A stretch of 64,000 nucleotides of DNA from Selaginella moellendorffii (Eukaryota; Plantae; Lycopodiophyta), in contig NW_003314300.1 in the NCBI RefSeq assembly GCF_000143415.4, positions 956,181-1,020,180 on the forward strand. Reading direction: 5' to 3'. A program made the position numbers and the translations under genes. The notes under the pieces are model-generated. The model saw only the letters and a list, made by a program, of their open reading frames with translations, was not told where the DNA came from and did no database searches. Shown here one piece after another: positions 46,681-61,615 of this stretch. Position 1 is the first letter of the stretch. Each line of letters begins with the position of its first letter.

Positions 46681-47400
46681 TGTAATCAATTAGCAGTAAA
46701 TCCTCTATTCTAATCCTCTATTAATCCTCTATTCTAAGTCTTCATAGAGGACTAATGTTTACTGCTAATTGATTACATTACGATACTGAATATATAGTTA
46801 TTGAGGTATGATTTTTGGGTTTTTACTTTTACAAAAAAGGGTTGGTAATGTTTTAATATTAGTGTCCCATAAGATCTGGCGAGGATTAATTTTTACTGCA
46901 GATTGATTACGTTCGTCCCCCATGAGATCGATGAAATTGTTGGTGGAGATTAAATTTCACTACCAATTGATTTAAGGTATTTGCTTTGACAGCTATCTTC
47001 ATTGTATGAAATTTGGCAATTAACATATTAGATTTGGCCTTATCCTTGGAGAATTTAGAATGAAGGATCATATCTTCATTTTTACAGCTAGTTCATTACA
47101 TTGCACTTATAGTTGAAGATTTTTGGGATTTTAGTGATCTATGAGACCTACAAGATTTTTGGCCTTCACTTAGGTGTTGATAGAGGATTAACCAATTGAT
47201 TACATTATACTTATGTTTTTTCTTATAAAAAAGAGTTGACATGTGCTAAGTTAACTTATTTTTTATAACAATAAATACATTTTACTGCCAATTGATTACA
47301 TTTCACTCCTTTTAGCATTTGAGGCATGATTTAGAATAATTTCCTTTTAAATTTTAAAATTATTGATGATGTGCATACTTTTACTTTAATTGACCCATTA
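46681..47400. repeat. Cluster of TTTACTGCYAATTGATTACA motifs, including a perfect 20-bp inverted pair (46681-46700 / 46758-46777)
   Basis: Further copies at ~46892, ~46956, ~47190 and 47281. Confidence 0.75.
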
Positions 47401-48539
47401 CAACTACATGTATACAAGTTGCTTTATTCAATTTGTTTTTAAAAATCTGAATTTATTTATAATAAAAACATTATTAGTGGTGTTATATGGAGTCTTGTTT
47501 TATTGTCACCCCTAAAGTTTTTAGAATAATGTAATGCTATTAAACTATATGTTTGGTGCTACTCAAAATTCTACATCACTTAAGATACTCCTGATTTCTA
47601 GCTATAAAAAACCTAATCAATAAATAAAAAAACTAAAATATTTTAAATTATTCAATTCAATACTTTTGATGCTAATAATGAGTAATCAAGCAAAAATAAA
47701 TGGGTTTGAGCAAACACTCAAATCCATTTTGAGTGTTTGAGCAATCTTTAACCTCCTTAATTTGAATTTCCTATTAAGTGAAGGTAGTGAACAATCAATT
47801 TAGCAAAATCTAAAATCCTTAATTTAAACTTCCCAAAACATCATCCCAATGACAATTAATTTCATCAAGACCCTTAACCAAGAGGAAAGAGATGTGCACT
47901 TTTGTTTATATGTCATTTCATTGTATCAATAGATTGTCTATGATACCATTTTCTTTAGTTCTTTACAATTTACAAAAATGAAAATTAATTTTTTAAGTAG
48001 TCATATAAACCCATGTCATTTGTTTCGATACCACATGTATAATAATAACTTTTTCTTAAATCTAATTATTATATAAGTTTTATGCTCTATTCAACTTCAA
48101 AATAACTATAATAAAAGTTTTCTCATAGTAGAACATATCCAGTAAAAACATTTGATACATATTTTTAAATGTTTCATAATTATATCTAAAAATAATATAA
48201 ATTAATAAAAATTTAAAATATATTCATAAAAATTAATATAAACTTTTATAATTATCATAATTACCATAATCACTATAGTAGGAATTTAAAGAAACTATGG
48301 ATATATTCCATAGAAATTCTAATTCTAGAATGTAATTCCTCTTTAATTTAGAGATTATTAATATTGTTTATAGTTTCTTTTGAATCTTAATCTTAATCTT
48401 AATTAAATGTTTTATTTCAAGCTTCAAAGATTTGGGAAGATTTTGTGAAGATATAATATAAGTATTTAGTGAAGTTGCATAGGTTAAAATTACATTAATT
48501 TCTAAGTATTGATATGTTTTATAAAAACTAATGTTGAGA

Positions 48540-48903
48540 TATTTTTGATTGCTTGCTTTCAACAATTGTGGTTGTGCATTTTAATTTTTGCAAACTATAA
48601 TATCATGCTTGAGTAACAAGTATTACACAAATGAGATGTCCTTAGTATAAAATAATTTGTAAAATTGAACATAAATTTTAATATAAAATGGAGTATGATA
48701 AGGAATTTATAATAATAATAAATTGTTTTGATTAAACTGATGTTTTTGATTGGGTTGTGCATTTAAATTTGTGTAGATTATAATATCATGCTTGAGTAAC
48801 AAATATTGCACAAGTGAGATGTATTTTTTATCAGACCATTTTAAGAAGTTGGATGTATATATTAATACAAAATAGAGTATAATAATTGTTTTGATTAAAC
48901 TCT
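48540..48903. repeat. Diverged ~180-bp tandem duplication in AT-rich DNA
   Basis: gttgtgcattt..tataatatcatgcttgagtaacaa..tgagatgt..aattgttttgattaaact occurs twice. Confidence 0.75.
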
Positions 48904-49688
48904 TTAGAGTTCATCCTATTGCACATCATATTGCATAAATGTTTTATATAAAAATGTATTGTATGTGATCATACAAGAAGATTTGTATAAATTATTACTA
49001 TAGAACGATAAATAAGGATAAAATAGTTACAAAAGGCTTTTTTATTAAATAATTGCCAAAAATAAAGTGTGTTACAGAATTGTTAACATGAATATACATT
49101 ACATAAAACTTGACAAAATCAGGTTTGGTGCTAAATGCATTGTTTAAACAAATATATAAGAAAAATGTTGGAAGCTGAAATTCTTCATTACTATAAGAAC
49201 TCCATGATTGTTAAAGTGAAATCCATGCACAACGTTGAACTGTATCAAACTCAAGCCATAGAGATGTAACATCTATGTGGAGTTTGAGTCGCAGAAACTC
49301 AATCCAACTACCGCATTAGGTCCTCACCTCCATGGCTATTTTGCAGATCACTTTGTATATCCCTTGATTTTAAACCTTCTCTTGCTTTTGCAAAGTGGAA
49401 TAATGTTGGATCCTGTTGTGCATCTTACCCTCAAAAAGCTTTTTCCATCCATCTCAAAGATGTAAATAACAACCCAGTTCAGAATTCCCCAGTAGTTTTC
49501 CCATGCTTGGGAAGGAGTCCAGACTCTGTGGCAACAGCATGGAGGAGCCCAGCAAGCTTCTTGACCTCTTTTCTACATACCAACCCTTAAATGATTACAC
49601 AGAATCCATGGCTGGTTGTTGAGCAGATAAAAAAAAGGTTTGGCGGAGCCTGCATTTCACAGAAATCTTAGCATGCCATCCATCGACT

Positions 49689-51247
<1,559 letters not shown>

Positions 51248-51248
51248 T

Positions 51249-51348
51249 NNNNNNNNNNNNNNNNNNNNNNNNNNNNNNNNNNNNNNNNNNNNNNNNNNNN
51301 NNNNNNNNNNNNNNNNNNNNNNNNNNNNNNNNNNNNNNNNNNNNNNNN
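51249..51348. other. Assembly gap (100 N)
   Basis: N run. Confidence 1.
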
Positions 51349-51793
51349 TGAAATCGATGAAGGCGTGGGCGGAGAATGCGGAGGAGGGAGCAAAGAGAGG
51401 CGCCCCAAGCCACTCCAATGCGTGGGGGAGTATTTTAAAGACCAGATGGGCGCTTTCTTAATAAAATCCAACTGCGGGTCATGGCGCCACGTGTGCCAGT
51501 CCACTTGCGAGTGACGGAATATTACATCCGCGGCAGTCGAATATTCTCAAATTTCGCCACCTACCCAGCTATATCTTTCTTTCCAATGTATTTGTCTCGT
51601 GTATAATGACACCTACCTGGCAGGTATAAGCCATGAAACCTTCACCTTTACCTTTATCAAACGAGAAAACAATGGTTTCTTAGTATGATGAATTTTACTT
51701 GCGGGGTTAGCAGTGTCGATCAATATAAAAATGTGTAGGCACACACCAGAGATACGTACAATGAAGAATATGGATGAGAATTGACTGACCCGA

Positions 51794-54700
51794 TCATAGG
51801 TGGAATGGCGGGCTTGGCGGTGGCGGCGGCGGTAGCGGTGGCGGCGGCGACGATGGTGGCAGTGGACCTCGATTATAATCTTCCTGTCCATCCTCGTGCC
51901 TCGTCAACGAAGAGCTGCTACTGTTATTGTCGTCTCGCGAGTGATTCTCGGCCCGGGGAGAAACGTCCTCCATCTCCAATTCCCCGTCCACGTCCTCCAT
52001 GACCACTGGAGCTCTTGCGCCTCTGTCTCTTCGCAGATCATCATCTTCGTCGACTTGACGAACGAGGAGGCCTGGCAACTGGAAGCTCGTGTTGCTGGAG
52101 TGAAAGATCACACAGGAGTAACTCAGCCAGGAAGAACAAAGAAAGGATTACCTCCCATATTCATCGACTAGCATGTCGTCTAGACCACGTAATGGATCGT
52201 CGATCGCGCGGTCTTGCCGCTGGTACTGCCGCTGCGTTGTGTTTAGTCCTGCTTCCAGCTTCGCCATGGTGTCTTTCAGCAGCGATTCTTGCATGATATC
52301 CCTCTTGAGCCAGAGACTCACCACCTAGGAAGAAATCAATTACTACGAGAAGCTGGCGAACTAAACAAAAAGAAATAAAGTTCTCGCACCAACCTTGACA
52401 CATTGCTGACGGTTCTCCGATGGACTGTTTGGGGGCGCTACTGCCGACAGAAAGCGAACCAAGCACGCCTCCACAATGTGGGCATAGCCGCGTCCGGATG
52501 TTCCTGAGGCGACTCCAGACAAAGTCAGCACAGGGACGAACAACAAAGAAAGCATTTCACACACCTTTCTGATGATAGTATTGCGTCAAGGAGTCTACCA
52601 GGAATAAGACATCCACTCGCTTTTTGTGATCCCGCTCGTTCTTAAGCTTGCGCATGATTACGTCCATCACCTGTGCATAGAAGCTCGTCAACTTGAAACG
52701 AAAAGTGAGAATGAGACTGTGCACCTTTTTCCCGAGGCCTTTATTCGCACACTCCATAGCAAAGCGGGTTGCCTTGGAGATGCTCTCTTTCGACCGTGTG
52801 AGAGTTTCCAACATGCCTCGAAAGGTTTCCAGCTTGTCGACGCCTTTGGTCCTGAGCTGAATGTGCTTCTCGCCACTACTTCGGCGTTGAGATGGACTGG
52901 CCTTATGGTACTTATCAGAGTTGGGCCGCATAAAGAGTGGCGACTCGCGGTTTGAGGTTGTGGAGCTTGTTTGTATTCTCTGCTTCGCCTGAGCTGCAGC
53001 TTTTAGGAACTTCATAGATGCGGAGGACGTCTCATCTTTTAGAGCTAACCGCTGCTTCATCTCCTTTGCAGCTTCATAACTGTCAGTAAAATTCAAGTCC
53101 TTAGTATGAGTTCAAGAAGAGCGAAGGCAAACAAAGAACTTACGCCGCACGAACTTTGTTGGTATCCTCCTCAAAGAGCTTCGGAGGTGCTGCGGCAGAT
53201 ACCGGAGAAAGCTCAGGCAGTTCCTTCGCTACCACAGTCACAGTCTTCTTCGTCGTCTGGACGGCTTTCGTTTGGCTCTCTCTTTCTCCTTTCACCCTCT
53301 TGTCCAGGGAATCGAAGTCTTCACGGTCCACTCTCAAAAACTTCTGCCGCTTGGACGGTGGCAAAGTTTCGTCCTTCCTGTCCCTGTGCTTATCCCTTCT
53401 CTTCACATCATCTTCAGAGTCGACCTTCCGTTTCTTTGTAGCATCCGAATCAGTACGCCTAAGCTTCTCATTTTTAGAATTCTTCCCATCGGAAACATCC
53501 GCCTTCGATTTCTTCAGCAGTTTCTTCTCCAGCTTCTCAGTGTTCTTCGTGTCAAGTTTTGTATGCGCTTTCAAAGATTCGCCACTTGGCTGTCCTTTGT
53601 CGTCCTTATATTCTTTCCCACCATCTTGTTTCTTTTCTGATTTTTCACCACTTTTTACCGCCCTCTTCCTCCTCTCGTATGTTTTCAGGATCTTCGCTTC
53701 CACCACAATAGCAAGAGGCGAGACTCCTGCATCTGGTTCCGACTCGGGATTGTTCAGGCCAACGCCTTCTCTGTCATCCAGATTCTCATTTCCCGCTGTC
53801 ACATTCTCTGTCTCTGCTCCGAAGCGTTCTCCGCCATCCAGCTCCCTCGTGACATTTTCCTTTTCAGCTTTAGCTTCAGATCCTTCTCTCTCATCCAGCT
53901 TCTCGGTGGCATTCTCTCTCTCAGCTTCAAATCTTTCTCTTTCATCCACCTCTTCATGTATTCTGTCCCTCGCAGCTTCAAATCCTTGCCTAGTTTCCAT
54001 CTTTTCATCTTTGTCCACGGCATCTTCAGCTTTCTCGATCTGCTCTGACACCGTCTTTGCATTATCCTCCACGGACAGACACCTTGAGTTATCTGCCTCG
54101 GCAGTTAGCTTATCCAGCACCAAGCACGCAGCGCTTGCAAAGCTGTTCAAAGGATCCAGCCTTTCCTCCTCACCCAGCGGTTTCGCAGAGTTTCCATCAG
54201 CCGTTTCCTCGTGTTTCCTCCCAAACTCTTGCTCGTCTACAACTTCACCTCGGTCTGTCGTATCGCCGCCAGAAGAAACTGCTGCCGCCGGACCAGCTTC
54301 ACTATCCCTGCTCACAACTCCCATCGAATCCCCACCATCGACATTCCTGGCCGGAGAATCAGTGCCACTACCTGACTGATGGTCTTCGCTCGAAACAGCT
54401 TCCGCGAGCTCCTTAGCCGCTTTTCCTCCATCTATCAGCTTTTCCTTGAAACTGTCGACATAGTCACAGATCCCTTTGACCGCAGCCTTGAAAGATTTGT
54501 GCGCAGACTTGGCCTTCTCGACGATGATGGCCCGAGCCGCAGGTGTAAACTCCGAGACTTCTTTTCTCTGGACGAAGCCACTGAAACAACACCACGAACA
54601 CAAACCGTCATAGATTTTCCTGAAAGAACTCTACGAAAGAAAGAAACTTACAGGTCGTTCGTTCCAAAATATTCCACGAAAACTTTCGAGGACTTGGGAC

Positions 54701-55001
54701 TCATCTTGTGCTTCTCCGGTGTGCTCACCTAAGGAAACAAAGCGGCAAGAAAAATCTCACAACCCAGAAGCCATTTCCAGCACAATGCGGACCAAGGCAG
54801 CGCATTCCAGGCAGAAATCACACGATTCTCATCGCAAGCAACACAATGTAGACCAGAAGAACCGAGAAAAACTCGCCATACCTTTGCTGGCCATGCCGGA
54901 TAGCCCTTCACCTTCGCCAGAACCAAATCGCCAACATTCCAGGCCTTCCTGGGACCTGCTGGTGCCCCTGCCGACGCCGATTTCCTCCGACCAGGAGCCA
55001 T
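51794..55001 (-). CDS. HUA2: HUA2/HULK-like PWWP plus CID(RPR) protein with a Pro-rich tail
   Basis: GDLVLAKVKGYPAWPA; LETLTRSKESISKATRFA; RVDVLFLVDS; DDPLRGLDDMLVDEYGSN; EDVDGELEMEDVSP. Confidence 0.88.
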
Positions 55002-55214
55002 AGCAACTAAGAACCCTAGCCTTTGCCCTAGCCCTGCTTCTCCACTATACCATAAAGAAGATAATAGCCCATAGCGAAGAAGACCCCACTCAAAACCACC
55101 AAGCAGCTGCTCGAAAAAAAATAGCTCTATGGAATTCTTGCCGCTGAGAAAGAAAAGCGTTTGATCGAAGCTCCAAACTTTTTTTTGGTTGGATCGAGAA
55201 AGATAAGAACTTGG

Positions 55215-56785
55215 CTATGAGACGAACCATCGTTGCAAATAGGCCATGGGTGTTGCGAGAGATGGAGCGTATTGGTGGATAAGTGGGTTCACCCTTCTGC
55301 CAATAGCCGACCAAGAGCTTCGGTGATATGGTGCCGTGCTTGGAAGCGCGTACATCATTTTAAGAAGCTGCGATAAGAAATTCGAGAGCTCAGGAATTGC
55401 TAGCGAGAAAACACGAAATCTAGAAACTTACCCTCCAGTGAACGAATGCTTGGATGATGTTTCGCTGCGGCCTGCATCATCGAAACGAGGATTTAGAGAG
55501 AAGAGAGAAAAAAGAAACTTACGTTAGTAGCAGGATGATTAGCAAGAAACCAAGTCCGATCTCAGCGTTGGCACTGAGACTCTTCAAAAGGTTTGAGTTG
55601 GAAGCCACCCAGTTTGATGGCTTGTCGAGATACTTTCTGGAGAATGAAAGAAAAAATTGTAAAGACCACCTCTAGGAAGATCAACGTGACAAGACCTGTA
55701 AAGTCGAGTGTTGCTGAAATTCCGTCTTAGATGGTACACTACTTGCTCCAGAGAGCGTATAGCCAAAGAAATCACAGCAACTGCGCAGACATTTCGTCCA
55801 CTGAGCCTTCAGAAAGAACAAAAGGAAGAAAGAGAGTACCTTTGAGAGGAATAGATGCTGAGACAAAAAAGAACGCGTACAAAAGATAGAGGAAGTCGTT
55901 TCCAGTAGTCTCAAAGATTGATCGGAGCCAATCTTGCAAGCCTTGAAGATTCCAAGTCGCCGGAGCCTGAAAAATAAGATCAGGCAAACAGGACGATCGA
56001 AAAACAATCACTCTACCCCGTGCTGGTTCGCAATACAATACAAGTTAGTTGCTGCCGAGCCAAGTAGAGTTAACCTGTAAGCCTTCTCCGCTAGTGCATA
56101 AGGAAGGAAAGGAAACATAGCCAAAACAGCCATCACTGTGACCTGCCAAAGAATCAAACGAGAAATGTTAGCGCAGGAGGATCACTTTTTCAGGATAAAA
56201 CAAGTAGAACGAAAAGATGAACAAGTTTGACATACCCAAGCATTGGCAAGGAACTGTATCGTTGGAGGATCCATTCTGAAAGAGCTCCGCGAAGCAGTAG
56301 ACGCTGGTGGAGACTGCTGGCGAGTGGTCTCCGGTGGAGGCGTTGTGCTGCTGCGATCAGCTGCAAAGAGAATTCTCATTTGCTTCTAACGGAGATGGAA
56401 AGAAGAAGAAAAAACAGTACCTCCAGTCGCAGATCGTCTTTGCACTCTTGGCTCCGAGTTGGAAGACGATCTCGGGGAAGAAATCGCTGAAAGAGGATCC
56501 ACAACAAGGTCCGGATCCTGGAAAAAATCACAAAACATCTCTCATCCATCAATCTCATGCTTAACGGAGATAGATTTGCAGCAAGAAAAACACTATTTTC
56601 TGAGTTCTAGATAAACTTACAACGTATCTCTGGTAGAACTTGAGCTTGAAATGCCGCAAAACCTCTGGCCTTGCGGCCAAATGCGAGGGCACAAGCACAT
56701 TGGACCAGTAATCCGCCCAGCGAGGATCGCCGTCGTAGTCATACGCCACGGCCGCCTCTTTCTTGTGCTGTTGATCCTCCGTCAT
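55215..56785 (-). CDS. TMEM33/Pom33 (UPF0121) family ER membrane protein
   Basis: YDYDGDPRWADYWSNVLVP..HFKLKFYQRY; multiple TM exons; LLKMMY..YHRSSW..VNPLI..QRWF. Confidence 0.85.
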
Positions 56786-56881
56786 CGCGCCTGGAAGCTG
56801 AAAAAGCCCTAACCCTAAGAAGTAGCACCTTGTCCAAAGAGGTATGGACACGTAGGAAATAATTTTTAATATTTACCAATA

Positions 56882-56962
56882 GTCAGGATGGCCGAGTTGG
56901 TCTAAGGCGCTAGTTTCAGGTACTAGTCCGCAAGGGCATGGGTTCGAATCCCATTCCTGACA
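56882..56962 (+). tRNA. tRNA-Leu(CAG)
   Basis: Acceptor stem GTCAGGA/TCCTGAC; anticodon arm CTAGT-TTCAGGT-ACTAG; long variable arm; GGTTCGAATCC; downstream T-runs. Confidence 0.97.
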
Positions 56963-57091
56963 AAGCTTTTGTTTTAGTCCACGTGTCTTGCGTCCGTTGG
57001 CTAGAGTTTCGCCTTTGTGTGATTAGGGTTAGGGCTTTTGCGGGGCAGCAGATGAGTAGAATGTAGCGATCGATCGGCAAGGGCGAGAGGA

Positions 57092-58637
57092 ATGTCGTGG
57101 ATTTCGCGCTCCTTGACAGGGGTTCTCAAGGACAAGGAGGACAAGGAAGAGAAGGATGAGAGTGGAGCAGAATTTTGGGACGATCCGGAGCTTTTTGAGC
57201 CGGGGCAGAGCGTGGGGGAGGATCTGGCTGAATTGCGGAAGTCTCTCACGCAATCGCTGTGGGGGGTAGCTTCTTTTCTTGCGCCGCCGCCAAAGTTACC
57301 CAGAGAAAATTCTCCCAAGGTAGAAGAGGAGACTTCTCGAGATGATTATCAGGCAAATCAAGGAGTGGAGAATGCCAGTGTTGGTATCGTTGAGAAAGAG
57401 AAGCTGAGTGGAATGCAAAGCGACTTTGCGGAACTCAAGGGAGGATTCGCGAAAGGTTTGTCGCGCTTGTCATCGGTGATCCGGGGGGATGAGTCCCGGA
57501 GCAGTGACAAGCCGGAGGGAGCTTCCCAGGATCATGGAATCGCGGGGCTGCTCAAGCCTTTGATTGACAACGTTCTCTCCAGCGACAAACCGGCCGGCCA
57601 GGTTACTCCTGTTGATGACGAAGAAGATACCAGTCGTGGTGGTGGCGTGGAGTCGTCTTCCAAGATGGGGATTTCGGCGGCGACTCTCGTGGATGGAGTG
57701 TCCAAGCTTGCGTCAAGCTTGTTCTTGTTTGATGACGAGCCAGACGACGCCATCGAGGTCCCGGGGCTCACTGACGAGGTTGTCGCGTTTGCGAGGAACG
57801 TCTCTTTGCATCCCGAGACGTGGCTCGACTTTCCTCTTGCCTCGGACGATGATCTTCAAAACGGTATGGGAAGTGTTTTGACATTGTTTACCTTGAGGAT
57901 CGCTTAGCAGGAGAAAAAAAATCTCTTTTTTCTTGCAGGATTTGAGATGAACAGCTTCCAAAAGGACCACGCTTACGCAGTGGAGCGTGCTGCGTTGAGG
58001 CTCGCTGCCTTGAAAGTCGAGATTTGTCCCCGGCATATGAACGAGGGACGTTTTTGGAAGATTTATTTCGTCCTCGTCCATCCCCGGCTGAGCCAGGAGG
58101 ATGCCGCGCTTTTGTCTACACCACAGGTAAGAGAAGTACTTCTACTTCCACTGTACGCTTGCTACTTTCCTTCCTTTCTTTCAGGTTCTCGAGGCCCGAA
58201 AGATTCTTTTGGAACAGCTTCGTCATGAAGAAGAAGTCCAGGCTACTACTGCTACTGCTATCAAAGCCGACGATTCCCTTGTCGTGGATAAGGACGCTAT
58301 CCCAAGCACAGTGAAGCTCGCGGCGGCGAAATCCTCCGAGGAGAACGAGGCGGATGAATGGCTAGACGAGGAAGCTACAGGATCAAACGCAGGGAACACC
58401 AACAAAGAGATCTCGGCGGCAGGGAACGACGAGGATGATGTTTCCTTCAGTGATCTAGAGGATGATCACGACGATGGCAGGATCCAACGCGCCGCTAAAG
58501 CCCAAGGCTGGGTGGAGCTCGACACCAAAGCAAAATCCGAGGAAGAGATCGATGAGGAGTGCGCGAAGAAACACGAGAGGATGGGATCGAACGATTGGCT
58601 AACAGTGGACAAGGAGGATGCTGGAAACTCGGTGTAA
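57092..58637 (+). CDS. BSD domain-containing protein (3 exons)
   Basis: GLTDEVVAFARNVSLHPETWLDFPL; CPRHMNEGRFWKIYFVL; acidic tail DDVSFSDLE. Confidence 0.9.
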
Positions 58638-58795
58638 ATAATCACACAAGTGGTAAATAAGCTGGTGGTATATTTGTTGTGTTGTATATGTAAACAAAGG
58701 TAAAAGCCTTGCTTTAAATTTACAAAGAGGGTGAAAAGTATCATCTTGATCTTCCTGGGAAGAACGATAGAGACGAGAAAAAAAATTGGACTCCA

Positions 58796-59443
58796 TCACA
58801 AGTTGGAGAAGTTAAAATCCGAGCTGAATCCTCCGCCAAGGCCATAGCCAGCCAAGGATGAGCCCTGGAGAAGCCTTGGCGAGAATGTGAAGGAGCCAGC
58901 GCGCTCGATCTTGCTGCTATCGTCGCCGCCGGCGATGAGCGCCGAGAAGGAGCTAGATTTGATCTCGGGCGATTCCAATCCGCTGGCCCAGACGCTGTCG
59001 CGCGGCGTGAGATCCGCTAGCGGCGAGAACGTGAGCGGAGCGAAGGCGAATTTGGGCGAGGAGGAGCTGAGGAGCTGCTCGAATTTGGGGCTGAGGCTGG
59101 GAGTGTAGAAGGAGGGCTTGAATGGCGAGATTGGAGGAGGAGCTAAGCCATGGAGCCTCTTGGGCTGCTGCTCCTGCTGGTGATGCTGCTGGTTGTGAGC
59201 CATCGAGGAGGAATTGGGGCCTGTGAGTTCCTGGACCAAGCTCCGGAATCCCTCGGGCTCGATCTTGTACACCGCCGGCGGTGGGCGCTGATTAGATCCA
59301 GCTCCAGCTCCAGTGCCCGCTGCCACCGCCGCTGCTGCTGACCCTCCTCGCCGGAGCTTGGCAATTCTCGTGGAGGATTTGCTGACCGAGAGCGGCCCTC
59401 TCCTGTGCGCGTGAGACTCTTCGATGAATGTGGCGGTTGCCAT
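58796..59443 (-). CDS. VQ-motif protein (intronless)
   Basis: FRSLVQELTG; many SP/TP sites. Confidence 0.9.
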   Translation of the reverse strand: MATATFIEESHAHRRGPLSVSKSSTRIAKLRRGGSAAAAVAAGTGAGAGSNQRPPPAVYKIEPEGFRSLVQELTGPNSSSMAHNQQHHQQEQQPKRLHGLAPPPISPFKPSFYTPSLSPKFEQLLSSSSPKFAFAPLTFSPLADLTPRDSVWASGLESPEIKSSSFSALIAGGDDSSKIERAGSFTFSPRLLQGSSLAGYGLGGGFSSDFNFSNL

Positions 59444-60122
59444 TGCGCACGATCGACTTGAATTTTTCTCTATTCCCTTCAACCCTGTGAGAAGAATTCT
59501 AAGTTGAATTCCCCGCGAGGATCAAGGAAGGTGTTCTTCGCCTCTGTGGTGTGTGAAATTTGCGGTTGGGGCCTGTTCAACTGGGAGGACTATATAAACC
59601 CTAAGTCTCTTACGCTCATCCACGCGGCGGCCATCGCGTGGCTCCAGCTGCCAGGCTGCGCCCCATCCCAGCCGTCCATCTGCTGACTCTCAGTCAAAGG
59701 CGGCCGTAAACGCGCACGTGACAGCCCGCCAATCTTCTCAAGATCGGTAAGGCAGCTTCCGCGAAGCTTCATCCTCGGCCGCGATCCGACGATCGCCAGA
59801 AGTTCCGTGTTTCAAGCTGGACACGTGTTACGCGGAGGACTTTTGATCGCCGTTTGACCAAAACACGTGGATGACCGTAATCACAGCCGTCGGATGGACG
59901 CAAGGCATTTTCTAAGGAATATGCCGCTATGCCCTAAAACGCTCTTAGGTCTTGTCATTGTTTTTGATTTTTTACTGTTGGTTGGGCTTTGAGAGGCACT
60001 CGCCAACAGCCAAAAGGCGAAAGGTGTGTGCTCCCCTATTCCCTGTGGTTGGGATTTAGGGTTCTTAGGGCCCGGCGAGCTAGATCTGGGATGCGCTAGG
60101 CGATTCCAGGAGCGGGCGAGCA

Positions 60123-61615
60123 ATGTCGGGGGCCGGCGCCGAGGTTCTGGACCGGGATTTGCTCTTCAAGAAGCTCAAGGCGCGGCCGGAGAACAAGGTA
60201 GGGAAGTGCCCAATGCCGGCGATTCGGAGCTGACAATGTGCGAGGCTTTGGTTCTCTTGTTTTGTAGCTGTGCTTTGACTGCAATGCCAAGAATCCGTCG
60301 TGGGCCTCCACAACGTATGGAATTTTCGTGTGCCTTGACTGCTCCTCGATGCACAGGAGCCTCGGTGTCCACATTAGCTTCGTGAGGTATGAAAGTTTCT
60401 TTGCTTGTTCTTCGTGGCTTAAAACAAAATCTCTGCTGGATCCAGGTCCACAATCCTAGACTCTTGGAGTCAAGAGCATTTAAAACTCATGGACTTTGGT
60501 GGCAATGCCCGAGCGCAGACCTTCTTTAAGCAGCATGGGTGGACCGAGAGTGGTAAGAACGAGTCCAAGTATAAGTCTAGAGCGGCTGATCTCTACAGGC
60601 AGCTTCTTGCCAAAGAAGCCGCCGCTTGTAACGGACGTTCCTCGACAAACTCCAAGGTTCCGGACGAGAAAACTAGCGATGATTCTTTCTTCTTCGACAA
60701 TTTTGCTCCTCCAGCAGTAACAGCAGCAGGAGCTCCAGCTCCAATTCCGGCTGCTGCTACCACCACCACTACTGTTTCTTCAAGGAAGCCTGCGCAAGTT
60801 CTCGCAAAGAAAAACGGCGTGACCAAGTCCGGTGGCCTGGGAATCAAGAAGCTCACAGCCAAGGTACTGTTTGCCTTTCCTTTGTATGGTAGAACTTTTA
60901 ACGAACTTCGTCAAAACGTCTTTGCAGACAAATGATAGTCTTTACGACCAGAAGCCAGAAGAGATTCCTCCTGCGGTGTCCCGAGCGCCCGCTCCTGTCC
61001 CTGCGCCCCAGCCTCGAATTGCGCGTTTTACTTGGAAAGACGAGGAGTCGTCAAAGTCCACAAATGGGCATATTTCGGCGCCATCGGCTAATGGAGACTT
61101 TTTCTCCCAGTTCTCTAATGGAAACCACAAGTCGTCTGCTAGCACTGCCCGCTCCAAACATGTAAGTCAAGAGCATTTATTTCTCGTCGTCTCGCTAACG
61201 ATCCAGATTTTGTAAGGTCGAAGAAAGCAACGAGGCACAGAAGAAGTTCGCCAACGCCAAATCGATATCGTCGTCCCAGTTTTTCAACGAAAACAAGGTC
61301 ACCACCGTCGATGCTGACAGCCAAACGCGTCTCATGAAATTCTCGGTCAGTCATGGATGTCCTTTCTGGTTTTCCATTTGACGACAGTGCCAACATTTGT
61401 GCAGAGCTCCTCGTCAATTTCCAGCGATGATTTCTTCGAGCGCCAGAAGCGATACCAACAAGATGGCGACTCCGATCCAACCGATCTCGATCTATCCGCC
61501 GCCGACGTTGTGGCGAAATTTTCCATGCAGGTAAACAACATCGTCATCTTCGTCTCTCCGTTCTTTATTTTACTCCTTTCTCGTGTAGGTCCTCTCAATC
61601 CTGGGAGCTAACTGA
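60123..61615 (+). CDS. ARF-GAP (AGD8/9/10, Glo3-like)
   Basis: [36 protein letters not shown]; GGNARA; [14 protein letters not shown]; [10 protein letters not shown]. Confidence 0.92.

Noticed and set aside
47711-47738. Palindrome AAACACTCAAA-TCCAT-TTTGAGTGTTT as a Helitron 3' hairpin
   Set aside because: AT-rich, with no CTRR terminus at the expected distance.
49500-49560. GCATGGAGGAGCCCAGCAAG resembling miR160*
   Set aside because: No complementary miR160 arm nearby, so no hairpin.
53156-54379. 407-aa Ser/Phe-rich plus-strand ORF
   Set aside because: Antisense of the Glu/Lys-rich HUA2-like exon.
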